Source: Minisyncoccia bacterium
GTDB lineage: Bacteria > Patescibacteriota > Minisyncoccia > Phycocordibacterales > UBA9973
Reading direction: 5' to 3'
Assembly: GCA_038323465.1 (NCBI GenBank)
Contig: JBBQGX010000001.1
Span: 10,980 to 74,979 of the forward strand
Length of the DNA stretch: 64,000 nucleotides
Position 1 is the first letter of the stretch. Every line of letters begins with the position of its first letter. The notes beneath the pieces are model-generated. The model saw only the letters and a list, made by a program, of their open reading frames with translations, had not been told where the DNA came from and did not search any database. This document shows positions 28,395 through 36,977 of the stretch, piece by piece. The translations under genes and the position numbers were made by a program.

Positions 28395-30557
28395 TTAACC
28401 AACTAATTCTTTTTTTGTTCTCAGGTATTGATTGTTGAGATCAATGATTGATTGAGGTATTTTTCTTTCTTGTATAATTCTTAGTTCATCATACAAACCA
28501 CTCAAAATATCTTTCATATTACCCACATTGTTTTGTTTTGTAAATTTTTCTATACCATAACTATTAGATATAGATGGTATCGGAACTTTTAAAACACTAG
28601 TTCCTGAAGATTTTTTAAGTTCCGCTTCTTTATTAGTTATATTTGTTGTCATTTCTGTTAATTTAGTATCAAAATCAAATAAAACATCTTCCCATTCTTT
28701 TTTACCCTTCCCTGTAAAGAAAAACTTTGGTTTCTTTAATTCATAATCACTTTTTTTTACAGAATAAATACGGATATCTTTTTTGCCTTGATCTATTTCA
28801 GACTGAAGACTCTCTATTTTTTTATCAATCGAGGGTATTCTAATAAGACCACGACTAAAATTTATATCATTATCTGCTGGTACAGAAGATTCAAACTTAG
28901 TAAGTTCCTCTATGGCTTCCAGTGCTTGTTTTCCACGAGATTCAAATTCTTTTATAACTGAAGTTATCTGGTTTAAATTAACAGCTCTTAATTCTATTTC
29001 TTCTCCTTTCTGTATTCCATCTCTAAATTCTACTTCAGCTAAATAAAAATCAATAACAGATTTCATTTTATTAATAACCTTCTCTTTATCCTCTTCTATT
29101 TTCTTAATAAAATCTTCAACATATAGTTTTTCCTCATCAAAAGAAGTATCTTTATTGGGTGATTTTTTATGATAGCTCCCACCAAGAGAATAAGGTTCAT
29201 TACCATAATGCATTGAACTATTTATAGAAACAGTTTCCTCGCAAATGTTTTTTCCAAACAAATAAAAATCATTTTCATTTTTTATATTTTTTAATTTATC
29301 TATATTAGCTTTTAAATCCTGAGTTCTAATTTCTAAAACGCCTTGCAGTTTAACATAATTAAATTCTGGTATAAATTTATCACGACTCTCTAAATTTTCT
29401 TTAAATTTAAGACCTTTATTTTTATCAAAAGAATCCTCTGGTTTAAAAGATAATATATAATCAATACTGGCTGAACCATCTCTATATCCGTATTCGAATT
29501 TTTTAATATCAACTGAAACCCCAAAATTTTTATACAGCTCTGTGTGTTTTTTCTCTAATTCATGAATAAATTCTCTTTTTACTTGTTCGAATTTATCCAT
29601 AAGAGATCTTGCTTTACCTTTCTCTTCTTCAGAAAAAGATGATATTCCTTCTTTTGCCTTTTTTAAATCTAAAACAACTGAATTTTTTTCAAAAGATTCA
29701 TTAATTTTATCACTATAAAATTTTTTTAATGTTTCTTGTAGTACATCTTTTCCATAAACAGATTCAGTCTTCATAACTTCTTTATCATTTGATAAAAGTT
29801 CTGGAGCAAAGACAAAATTATCAATATTTACATGGTCATTTTCAACTTTAATCTCTAATCCTTTTACATAAAGAATAATTTTTTGACCTTCATTTTCAAT
29901 ATTAAAAGTTACCGGAGTAATATCCTTTTCTAGTTCTTTTGAAAGATTTTCTATGATCATTTCTCTCTCTTCTGGAATTTTTACTTTTTCTTTAATTAAT
30001 TCATTTTCAATCTTCCCAAGTCTTTCATTTATGGAATTACTTAAAAAAGTATAAAAATAATCATGACTTGACTCTTCTTTTGGAATTACAACACCTAATT
30101 CTTGTAACTTTAAAATAAGAGCTTCATTTGTCTCTTTTAATCCATCTTTATTTAATAATGATTTTTTGTAATCTAATACTTCATCTGCATCAGGATTTTT
30201 ATCAACCAAATCCTCCGTATTTTTAATACCAGCTTCTTCTAAAACACTCTTTAATTCAGGGTCTTTATCGGCACTTTCTATAATAGAGTCTAAGGTAACC
30301 TTACTAGAAGAAACTTCATTCATGACTTGATTTCTATATTCTTTCATCCCTGTACCACTTTCTTTTTTATTACTTGAATCTGATTTAAAATTCAAAGAAT
30401 TCTGAATTATTTCAAGTAATTGTTTTTGATTTTCAAGTTTTTGAATATTAGAATTTGCTACTTCAACTTCTCCTTTCTTTATTTCTTGCCCTTCTTTTTC
30501 TTTTTGAGATCTTAAATCATTTGCTTTATCTAGAAATGACGCCTTGATTGTTACCAT
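28395..30557 (-). CDS. Large K/E-rich hypothetical protein (720 aa) immediately downstream of dnaJ
   Basis: Long ORF whose composition is consistent with extended helical/coiled-coil segments. No TM helix or signal peptide. No recognisable catalytic motif. A 46-bp gap from dnaJ suggests co-transcription. Confidence 0.6.
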   Translation of the reverse strand: MVTIKASFLDKANDLRSQKEKEGQEIKKGEVEVANSNIQKLENQKQLLEIIQNSLNFKSDSSNKKESGTGMKEYRNQVMNEVSSSKVTLDSIIESADKDPELKSVLEEAGIKNTEDLVDKNPDADEVLDYKKSLLNKDGLKETNEALILKLQELGVVIPKEESSHDYFYTFLSNSINERLGKIENELIKEKVKIPEEREMIIENLSKELEKDITPVTFNIENEGQKIILYVKGLEIKVENDHVNIDNFVFAPELLSNDKEVMKTESVYGKDVLQETLKKFYSDKINESFEKNSVVLDLKKAKEGISSFSEEEKGKARSLMDKFEQVKREFIHELEKKHTELYKNFGVSVDIKKFEYGYRDGSASIDYILSFKPEDSFDKNKGLKFKENLESRDKFIPEFNYVKLQGVLEIRTQDLKANIDKLKNIKNENDFYLFGKNICEETVSINSSMHYGNEPYSLGGSYHKKSPNKDTSFDEEKLYVEDFIKKIEEDKEKVINKMKSVIDFYLAEVEFRDGIQKGEEIELRAVNLNQITSVIKEFESRGKQALEAIEELTKFESSVPADNDINFSRGLIRIPSIDKKIESLQSEIDQGKKDIRIYSVKKSDYELKKPKFFFTGKGKKEWEDVLFDFDTKLTEMTTNITNKEAELKKSSGTSVLKVPIPSISNSYGIEKFTKQNNVGNMKDILSGLYDELRIIQERKIPQSIIDLNNQYLRTKKELVG

Positions 30558-30603
30558 AAATATAATTTAAATTAATAAATATTGAGATTAAATAATAGTG
30601 TTA

Positions 30604-31698
30604 TTATAAACCATCTTCACGTAGTTTGTCAATGAGTTCCCTATTTTTACGAGAAAGTTTTGTGGGCATATCTATATTAATTTTGATTATAATATCACCT
30701 CGTCCGCGAGTGGAAGGTACACCTTTGCCACGAACACGAAGCATCTCGCCATTATTGATACCTTCGGGAATCTTTACCTCCATATTGTGATTATCTAGTG
30801 TTTTTAAATTATAAGTCATCCCGAGAAGCGCATCTGTTAATTTGATTTTCAAATCCATCGTTAGATTTAGTCCATCACGAGAATATATTGAGTGAGATTT
30901 TACATTTAATTTCAAATACAAATCGCCAGATTCACCACCCTGAATCGCTTCACCCTTACCATTGACTCGTAATGTCTCACCATTGCTGACCCCAGCTGGA
31001 ATTTTTACTTTTATTTCTTCATCTTTCTTTTTGACTCCAGAGCCATGACAATCATTACATTTATCAGATGGAATCTGACCAGATCCAAAACAATTCTCAC
31101 AAGTCTTTACACTTGCAAAATTCCCAAGTATTGAACGTCTTATTTCTTTAACTTGACCTTGTCCATTACAAACAGAACATGTATTCATCTTGGTTCCTGG
31201 TTTACTACCGGTGCCATCACAACTATCACATTTTGATTGTTTATTTATTCGGACGATATGTTCTATCCCAAAAATAGCATCTGAGAATGTGAGATTTATC
31301 TCCATAGATAAATCTCTGCCTCTTTTTACTTTTTGTCTGCTACGTCCACCACCACCAAAAAAATCTCCAAAGATATCACCTAGATCACCCATATCAAATT
31401 CAACCCCACCGTTTTGACCACTGAAATCAAAACCCCCAAATCCACCTTGCCCTCCAAATCCACCACCTCCACCAGGAAATCCTTGTGGTCCATCTGCATT
31501 ACCAAACTGATCAAACGATGCACGTTTTTTATCATCAGAAAGAACCTGATAAGCTTCATTGGCTTCTTTGAATTTAGTATCATCACCCTTGTTTTTATCT
31601 GGATGATATTTATGAGCCATTTTATGAAATGCTTTCTTTATTTCATCCTTTGAGGCATTTTTTTCTATTCCTAATATTTTATAATAATCTTTAGACAT
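30604..31698 (-). CDS. dnaJ: Chaperone DnaJ
   Basis: J-domain with HPD (KYHPDKN). G/F-rich region. Four CxxCxGxG zinc-finger repeats. C-terminal substrate-binding domains. Confidence 0.92.
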   Translation of the reverse strand: MSKDYYKILGIEKNASKDEIKKAFHKMAHKYHPDKNKGDDTKFKEANEAYQVLSDDKKRASFDQFGNADGPQGFPGGGGGFGGQGGFGGFDFSGQNGGVEFDMGDLGDIFGDFFGGGGRSRQKVKRGRDLSMEINLTFSDAIFGIEHIVRINKQSKCDSCDGTGSKPGTKMNTCSVCNGQGQVKEIRRSILGNFASVKTCENCFGSGQIPSDKCNDCHGSGVKKKDEEIKVKIPAGVSNGETLRVNGKGEAIQGGESGDLYLKLNVKSHSIYSRDGLNLTMDLKIKLTDALLGMTYNLKTLDNHNMEVKIPEGINNGEMLRVRGKGVPSTRGRGDIIIKINIDMPTKLSRKNRELIDKLREDGL

Positions 31699-31830
31699 AA
31701 TTTAATAAAGAAAATTAAATAATCTTTCCAGAGGAGCTTGGGAGGCTGTCGAGCCGAGCACGAGGAATTTTCTAGTAAGAAAATATCCGTGTCCTCTGGG
31801 GAGATTATTTTATTTTCTTTTTTACTTACT

Positions 31831-33729
31831 TTATTTACTTTCTGGATTCTCATTTACTTCTGCTTCTTTGATTTCTGGTTCTTGCTCCTCTGGAATTTTA
31901 TTTTCTGACGAAGAAGTAGATTCAGGATTGGCTTTTGCCATAGCTTCTCCTATCTTTGACATTTCATTTGAAAGTTCCATGACTGCTTTTTTGATTACTT
32001 CAATATCATTACTATCCTTAGCTGTTTTAACTGCTGTAATTTTATTTTCTATTTCTGTTTTTATTTCAGGAGTAACTTTATCACCATATTCTTTTATAGA
32101 TTTCTCTGCTGTGAAAATCATCATTTCAGCAGTATTCTTCTCATCAGCTAATTCTTTTTTCTTTACATCTTCTTCTGCGTGAAGTTCAGCATCATCTTTC
32201 ATCTTTTTTATATCAGCGTCTGTAAGTCCTGAACTTGCTTCTATGCGAATCGATTGAACTTTACCTGAAGCTTTATCCATAGCTTTTACATTCAATATCC
32301 CATTGGCATCAACATCAAAAGTCACTTCGACTTGAGGAATACCTCGTGGTGATGGTGGAATACCATCTAAGATAAATCTACCGAGTGATTTATTGTCAGA
32401 TGCCATAGGACGTTCACCCTGAGTTATATGAATCTCCACAGAAGTCTGATTGTCAGCAGCAGTTGAGAATATTTGTGATTTAGAACTAGGGATTGTAGTA
32501 TTACGCTCTACGAGTTTTGTAGCAACACCACCAAGTGTTTCAATACCAAGTGAAAGTGGTATAACATCAAGCAAAAGAACATCACGAACATCACCCTGAA
32601 GAACTCCAGCTTGAACAGCAGCACCTAGCGCAACAACTTCATCAGGATTAATTGAACGATTTGGTTCTTTGCCGAACAATTTCTTCACTTCTTCCACAAT
32701 TTTTGGCATTCTTGTTTGTCCTCCAACAAGAATGATTTCATTTATTTCACTCATCTTGAATGGAGATGCCTCAATGGCACGCTTTGTGATTTCTATAGAA
32801 CGAGTTACATATTCTTCTGCTAGTGACTCAAGAGTTGCACGAGACATCTTTAAGAGTAAGTGTTTTGGACCTGATGCATCGGAAGTAATAAATGGAATAT
32901 TGATCTCTGATTCCATGGTTGTTGAGAGTTCGTGTTTTGTTTTCTCTGCTGCTTCCTTTAGACGCTGTAGAGCAAGAACATCTTTAGTTACATCAATACC
33001 TGATTCCTTCTTGTATTCATCTGCAATCCATCTGACAACTTTTTGATCGATATCTTCACCACCCATGTGTGAGTCGCCGTCTGTTGATTTAACTTCTATG
33101 ACATCATCTCCAACTTCAAGAACAGAAATATCAAAAGTACCTCCACCAAAGTCATATACGACTATCTTCTCATTTTTCTTTGTATTGAATCCATATGCGA
33201 GAGCTGCAGCAGTAGGCTCGTTGATGATACGCTTTACATCAAGTCCAGCTATTACTCCAGCATCTTTTGTAGCTTTACGTTGAGCATCGTTAAAATACGC
33301 AGGCACAGTAATAACTGCTTCTGTTATTTTCTCGCCGAGTTTTGCTTCAACATCAGCTTTTATTTTACTCAATATCATCGCAGAAATTTCTTCTGGGCGA
33401 AGCCATTTATCTCCCATCTTTGACTCTACTCCACCAGTATTTCCTTTTTGAATCTTGTAAGAAATAGTTTTTTCATCTTTTTGGATTTCTGGGTCATCAT
33501 ACATGTGACCAATAAATCTCTTGATACCAGAAATAGTATTTTCTGGATTTGTAACTGCTTGACGCTTTGCGAGAAGTCCAACCATACGATCACCATTCTT
33601 TGTTATTGTAACAACAGATGGAGTGGTACGTGTACCCTCAATATTTTCTATAATTTTTGGTTGACCACCCTCGATGATAGCTACCGCACTATTTGTTGTA
33701 CCCAAATCTATACCTATTATTTTTGCCAT
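31831..33729 (-). CDS. dnaK: Chaperone DnaK (Hsp70)
   Basis: Hsp70 signatures [16 protein letters not shown] and [11 protein letters not shown]. Length 632 aa. Confidence 0.95.
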   Translation of the reverse strand: MAKIIGIDLGTTNSAVAIIEGGQPKIIENIEGTRTTPSVVTITKNGDRMVGLLAKRQAVTNPENTISGIKRFIGHMYDDPEIQKDEKTISYKIQKGNTGGVESKMGDKWLRPEEISAMILSKIKADVEAKLGEKITEAVITVPAYFNDAQRKATKDAGVIAGLDVKRIINEPTAAALAYGFNTKKNEKIVVYDFGGGTFDISVLEVGDDVIEVKSTDGDSHMGGEDIDQKVVRWIADEYKKESGIDVTKDVLALQRLKEAAEKTKHELSTTMESEINIPFITSDASGPKHLLLKMSRATLESLAEEYVTRSIEITKRAIEASPFKMSEINEIILVGGQTRMPKIVEEVKKLFGKEPNRSINPDEVVALGAAVQAGVLQGDVRDVLLLDVIPLSLGIETLGGVATKLVERNTTIPSSKSQIFSTAADNQTSVEIHITQGERPMASDNKSLGRFILDGIPPSPRGIPQVEVTFDVDANGILNVKAMDKASGKVQSIRIEASSGLTDADIKKMKDDAELHAEEDVKKKELADEKNTAEMMIFTAEKSIKEYGDKVTPEIKTEIENKITAVKTAKDSNDIEVIKKAVMELSNEMSKIGEAMAKANPESTSSSENKIPEEQEPEIKEAEVNENPESK

Positions 33730-33876
33730 ATATTTTTTGTAAATTAACTAATAATTAATAATAATAATTTTATAAATTCATAGCAAAGTTATAGTTTGAT
33801 TTTCGCTGTCGCATAGGGCCCCTCTGGGGTAAAGCGCAAGAAAATTAGATTATAACTTTGTGAAGAATTAAATTAA

Positions 33877-33904
33877 TTATATACTAAATAAATTCTTTTG
33901 ACAA
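33877..33904 (-). promoter_or_regulatory. Predicted sigma-70 promoter of dnaK: -35 TTGTCA (complement of 33899-33904), -10 TATAAT (complement of 33877-33882)
   Basis: Near-consensus hexamers with a 16-nt spacer, about 150 nt upstream of the dnaK ATG. The -35 overlaps the left arm of the 30-bp palindrome. Confidence 0.5.
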
Positions 33905-33930
33905 CTATTTAGTGATCACTAAATAGTTGT
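33901..33930. promoter_or_regulatory. 30-bp perfect palindrome ACAACTATTTAGTGA|TCACTAAATAGTTGT, a candidate operator shared by the divergent promoters
   Basis: An exact inverted repeat is seen in the sequence. Its two ends overlap the -35 hexamers of the dnaK promoter and the regulator-gene promoter. It is not a CIRCE, HAIR or CtsR-box sequence. Confidence 0.6.
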
Positions 33931-33958
33931 TGAATATTATATACACTTGTGATACAAT
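33930..33958 (+). promoter_or_regulatory. Predicted sigma-70 promoter of the PaaX-like regulator gene: -35 TTGAAT (33930-33935), 17-nt spacer, -10 TACAAT (33953-33958)
   Basis: Hexamers lie 10 nt upstream of the ATG at 33968. The -35 abuts the right arm of the palindrome. Confidence 0.45.
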
Positions 33959-33967
33959 GTCAATATT

Positions 33968-34495
33968 ATGAAAAAGCGTGATTTTTCAAGGAAAATTATA
34001 AAGATACTATCAGAAAGACCTGCCGTATCAGTCGGAGAACTAGAAGAACGAATTGTTCTTGATAAAGATGGCCTATATGCCTTAAATCGCTCTATAAAGA
34101 GCCTCCGAGATGGTGGACTGATCGAGAACATAGATTCTGGTCAAAACCAATATGCTAAGCTCACAACAGAAGGCAAGAAGAAGGCAAACAGTCTAAAACT
34201 TGAATGCGAAAATGCTATCATAAGTAATACTTGGGATGGATATTGGAGAATCATACTTCTTGATATTCCAGAAGAAAGAAAGAATGAAAGAGAAGCACTT
34301 CGTTACCTTTTGAAAAAAGCAGGATTTGCTTGTCTGAAAAATTCAGTATGGATATCTATTTACCCCTTTGAGCACTTATTCACAAATATTAAAAATGACT
34401 TAAATTTATCTACCGAGCTAATCATAATAGTCACAGATAAAATAGACAAAGAAACAGAAAAGGAATTTTTCTCGCTCTGTGGATTAAATAAATAA
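33968..34495 (+). CDS. PaaX-family-like transcriptional regulator (N-terminal winged helix plus PaaX_C-like domain)
   Basis: The N-terminal wHTH reads KIIKILSERPAVSVGELEERIVLDKDGLYALNRSIKSLRDGGLI. The C-terminal WDGYWRIILLDIPEERKNEREALRYLLKKAGFACLKNSVWIS matches the PaaX C-domain pattern (W.G.W.lv..iPe..R..lr..L...GF..L..svW). At 175 aa it is shorter than E. coli PaaX. Confidence 0.55.
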   Translation: MKKRDFSRKIIKILSERPAVSVGELEERIVLDKDGLYALNRSIKSLRDGGLIENIDSGQNQYAKLTTEGKKKANSLKLECENAIISNTWDGYWRIILLDIPEERKNEREALRYLLKKAGFACLKNSVWISIYPFEHLFTNIKNDLNLSTELIIIVTDKIDKETEKEFFSLCGLNK

Positions 34496-34555
34496 AATCA
34501 TAAAACATCCACAGAAATAATCTTTTTAAAAAGATTATTTCTGCTCTTGTTTTAT

Positions 34556-35197
34556 TTATTTTTTATATTCAAAAATATTTACTCTAGCTGGACGGATTAT
34601 ACGGTCACCAAGCCTATAACCGACTTGAATTATTTTCTCTATAGAATGATCTTTTTCTTCTTTATCTGTAACAATTGATTCTATAGATTCATGAAGAATA
34701 GGATCAAACTTCACTCCCACTTCATCAATTTTTTCTATGCCAGACTCCGCAAATCCATTTATAAATTGAGAATAGATGTATTCAACGCCCATACGCCAAT
34801 TCTTGTCTACTTTTTCCCAAGCTTCTTTGTTTGCGAAAGCCATATCAAAACTATCAAGAGCAGGAAGTAGATTCCTTGCAAATTTTTCTTTAGTTACAAC
34901 AGAACTCTTTGTTTGATGATCACCGTGCTCTTTTTGTAGATTGATATAGTCAGCCTTTGCTCTCTGCCAACCAGTCAAATATTCCTCCTTTTCTGCTCTG
35001 CAAAGTTTCAAATCCTCACGAAGTTTTTTAGTTACATCTTTAGATGATAATGCTTCTCCATCTTCTGTGCTATCTACATATGTGACATCTGAAACATCTG
35101 AGACATCATGAGTACTCTCAAGTTCCTTTGCCAATAGTTCACTTACTTCTTTATTTTTATCTTCATCATTCATCTTTGTACTATAACAAAAAATCAA
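34556..35197 (-). CDS. grpE: Nucleotide exchange factor GrpE
   Basis: Acidic N-terminal tail, a long paired helix and a C-terminal beta domain (IIRPARVNIF). Length 213 aa. Confidence 0.9.
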   Translation of the reverse strand: MIFCYSTKMNDEDKNKEVSELLAKELESTHDVSDVSDVTYVDSTEDGEALSSKDVTKKLREDLKLCRAEKEEYLTGWQRAKADYINLQKEHGDHQTKSSVVTKEKFARNLLPALDSFDMAFANKEAWEKVDKNWRMGVEYIYSQFINGFAESGIEKIDEVGVKFDPILHESIESIVTDKEEKDHSIEKIIQVGYRLGDRIIRPARVNIFEYKK

Positions 35198-35237
35198 ACT
35201 TTTTTCAAAGTTCGATTTTTTTATAAATTATATAAAA

Positions 35238-35660
35238 TTAGGCAATTGGCCCATTTGTTACCTCTGGTGCCACAACTGGAATATCAGAAGTTATTCCTAG
35301 CTGAACCATTTTTGGATCTGAACCATATTTATTGTCTCCAATAGTACCGCTTGTCACAAAAAGAATAAGTAACCAAATACCACCAATGATAGGAATAAGG
35401 GAAATAAACATCATCCATCCACTTTTATCCACATCATGAAGTCTTCTTACTGCAACAGAAAGAGTTGGAATAAAAAGAATAAGTCCAAATATTATTGTTA
35501 AAATTCCATATTCACCAACTTTTATACCAATAAATAAATCTAAAACAGTAATGATTATTGCAGAAATTATTGAAAATAAATAAAACATCCAATATTCTCG
35601 TCTTCTTGCTCTCCCTTTAAAAACTGCATACTTTTTAAAACATGTAATGAATTCATTCAT
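35238..35660 (-). CDS. DUF805 family inner-membrane protein
   Basis: Characteristic FKGRARRREYWMF ... RRLHD..SGW motifs and three TM helices. Confidence 0.75.
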   Translation of the reverse strand: MNEFITCFKKYAVFKGRARRREYWMFYLFSIISAIIITVLDLFIGIKVGEYGILTIIFGLILFIPTLSVAVRRLHDVDKSGWMMFISLIPIIGGIWLLILFVTSGTIGDNKYGSDPKMVQLGITSDIPVVAPEVTNGPIA

Positions 35661-35753
35661 TTGATTAATTTAAAAAATTATAATGATTACGACAAAGTTT
35701 ATAATATTGTAATTATATTATTATAATATATAAATAGCAATATATATATAAAT

Positions 35754-35778
35754 AAAACTCTCCAAAATGGAGAGTTTT
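35754..35778 (-). terminator. Intrinsic terminator downstream of rpsI
   Basis: Stem aaaactctcc/ggagagtttt with an aaaat loop, followed by a T-run on the minus strand. Confidence 0.55.
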
Positions 35779-35785
35779 ATTTATA

Positions 35786-36235
35786 TTATCTTTTTGACCA
35801 CTGTGGCGATTTACGAGCTTTTTTAAGTCCAAACTTTTTACGTTCAACTGTACGAGGGTCACGCTTAAGCATTTTAGCTTTCTTAAGCCCTCCACGTAAT
35901 TCCGCATCATACAGAACCAAAGCACGTGATATACCATGACGAACAGCTTCAGCTTGAGCATGAGATCCACCTCCTTTTGTGGTGACTACTACTTCAAATT
36001 TCTCAGTAGGGGTTGCGGTTTCAAAAGCTCCTGTTACTATCTTTTTTAATTCTGGAGTTGGAAAATATTCTGTAAAATCCTTGCCATTTATTGTGTAAGT
36101 TGTCTTGGTTGCTTTATAGAGACGTACTACTGCAGTAGCAGTTTTACGACGGCCAATAGCTCTAAAATATTCCCCGCCTGCACGAGCTGTGCTCGAAGCA
36201 CTGCGGGCAGGTTTTGTTGTTTTAATGTTAGTCAT
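35786..36235 (-). CDS. rpsI: 30S ribosomal protein S9
   Basis: S9 C-terminal signature GGGSHAQAEAVRHGISRAL ... KKARKSPQWSKR. It follows rplM as in the conserved operon. Confidence 0.9.
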   Translation of the reverse strand: MTNIKTTKPARSASSTARAGGEYFRAIGRRKTATAVVRLYKATKTTYTINGKDFTEYFPTPELKKIVTGAFETATPTEKFEVVVTTKGGGSHAQAEAVRHGISRALVLYDAELRGGLKKAKMLKRDPRTVERKKFGLKKARKSPQWSKR

Positions 36236-36243
36236 AATAATTA

Positions 36244-36594
36244 TTATTCAGTTATTGTTAAACGTTTCATCATAAGTGGGCGTAATTTATTTGAAGGCAA
36301 CATTCCGTAAACCGCAAGTTCATACAATCCAATCCAACCTTTTTTCTCAATAATTTTTTCGTTAGTCTTCTGTTTAAAACCTCCGGGTTGACCTGAATAA
36401 GTCTCATGGAGAGTTTCCTTCATTCTTTTTTCAGTAAATTTAGTCTTACTAGCATTCTCAATATATACGCGAACATCAGTGATATTATTTGCTGTGTATT
36501 CTACTGAAGTTTTACCCATAAGAGCCTTCGCAGCTGCACTTGCAACACGTCCCAACACCTTATCCGTAGCATCAATTTTATGTACTTTTGTCAT
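36244..36594 (-). CDS. rplM: 50S ribosomal protein L13
   Basis: L13 pattern: IDATDKVLGRVASAAAKALMGK ... YSGQPGG. It lies upstream of rpsI. Confidence 0.85.
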   Translation of the reverse strand: MTKVHKIDATDKVLGRVASAAAKALMGKTSVEYTANNITDVRVYIENASKTKFTEKRMKETLHETYSGQPGGFKQKTNEKIIEKKGWIGLYELAVYGMLPSNKLRPLMMKRLTITE

Positions 36595-36597
36595 ATA

Positions 36598-36951
36598 TTA
36601 TATAAATTCTATTATTGCCATTTTGCTTGCATCACCTCCGCGAGAACCAATTTTAGTAATACGAGTGTAACCTCCAGTTTGACCTTTATATTTTGGAGCA
36701 ATGATATCAATTAATTTTGTGGCTTCAGCTGTCAAGTTATACAAACGAGATATAACTAATCTACGTGAAGCAAGTGTTCCAACATTAGCCTTTGTAACCA
36801 TCTTTTCAACCATCGGACGAAGTTCTTTTGCTTTTGCCTCTGTTGTTTCTATTTTACTGTGTGCAATAAGTGCCAACATGAGTCCCTTCATTAAGGCATG
36901 TCTCTGGTTCTTATTTCTTCCAAATTTTCTTACATTATTACCGTGTCTCAT
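36598..36951 (-). CDS. rplQ: 50S ribosomal protein L17
   Basis: N-terminal MRHGNNVRKFGRNKNQRHALM is typical of L17. It is the last gene of the alpha operon. Confidence 0.9.
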   Translation of the reverse strand: MRHGNNVRKFGRNKNQRHALMKGLMLALIAHSKIETTEAKAKELRPMVEKMVTKANVGTLASRRLVISRLYNLTAEATKLIDIIAPKYKGQTGGYTRITKIGSRGGDASKMAIIEFI

Positions 36952-36977
36952 ATATTTTTACTTATTACTATTACTAA

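Noticed and set aside
33968-34495. Reading the 175-aa regulator as a Cas2-like or CRISPR-associated protein
   Set aside because: The W..W.lv.D.PE...R..lr..L...GF..L..SVW pattern fits the PaaX C-domain, and an N-terminal winged helix is present. There is no cas1, no other cas genes and no repeat array anywhere in the window.
35713-35970. 85-aa ORF overlapping the rpsI 3' end
   Set aside because: It is an alternative frame over the well-supported S9 gene and its terminator.
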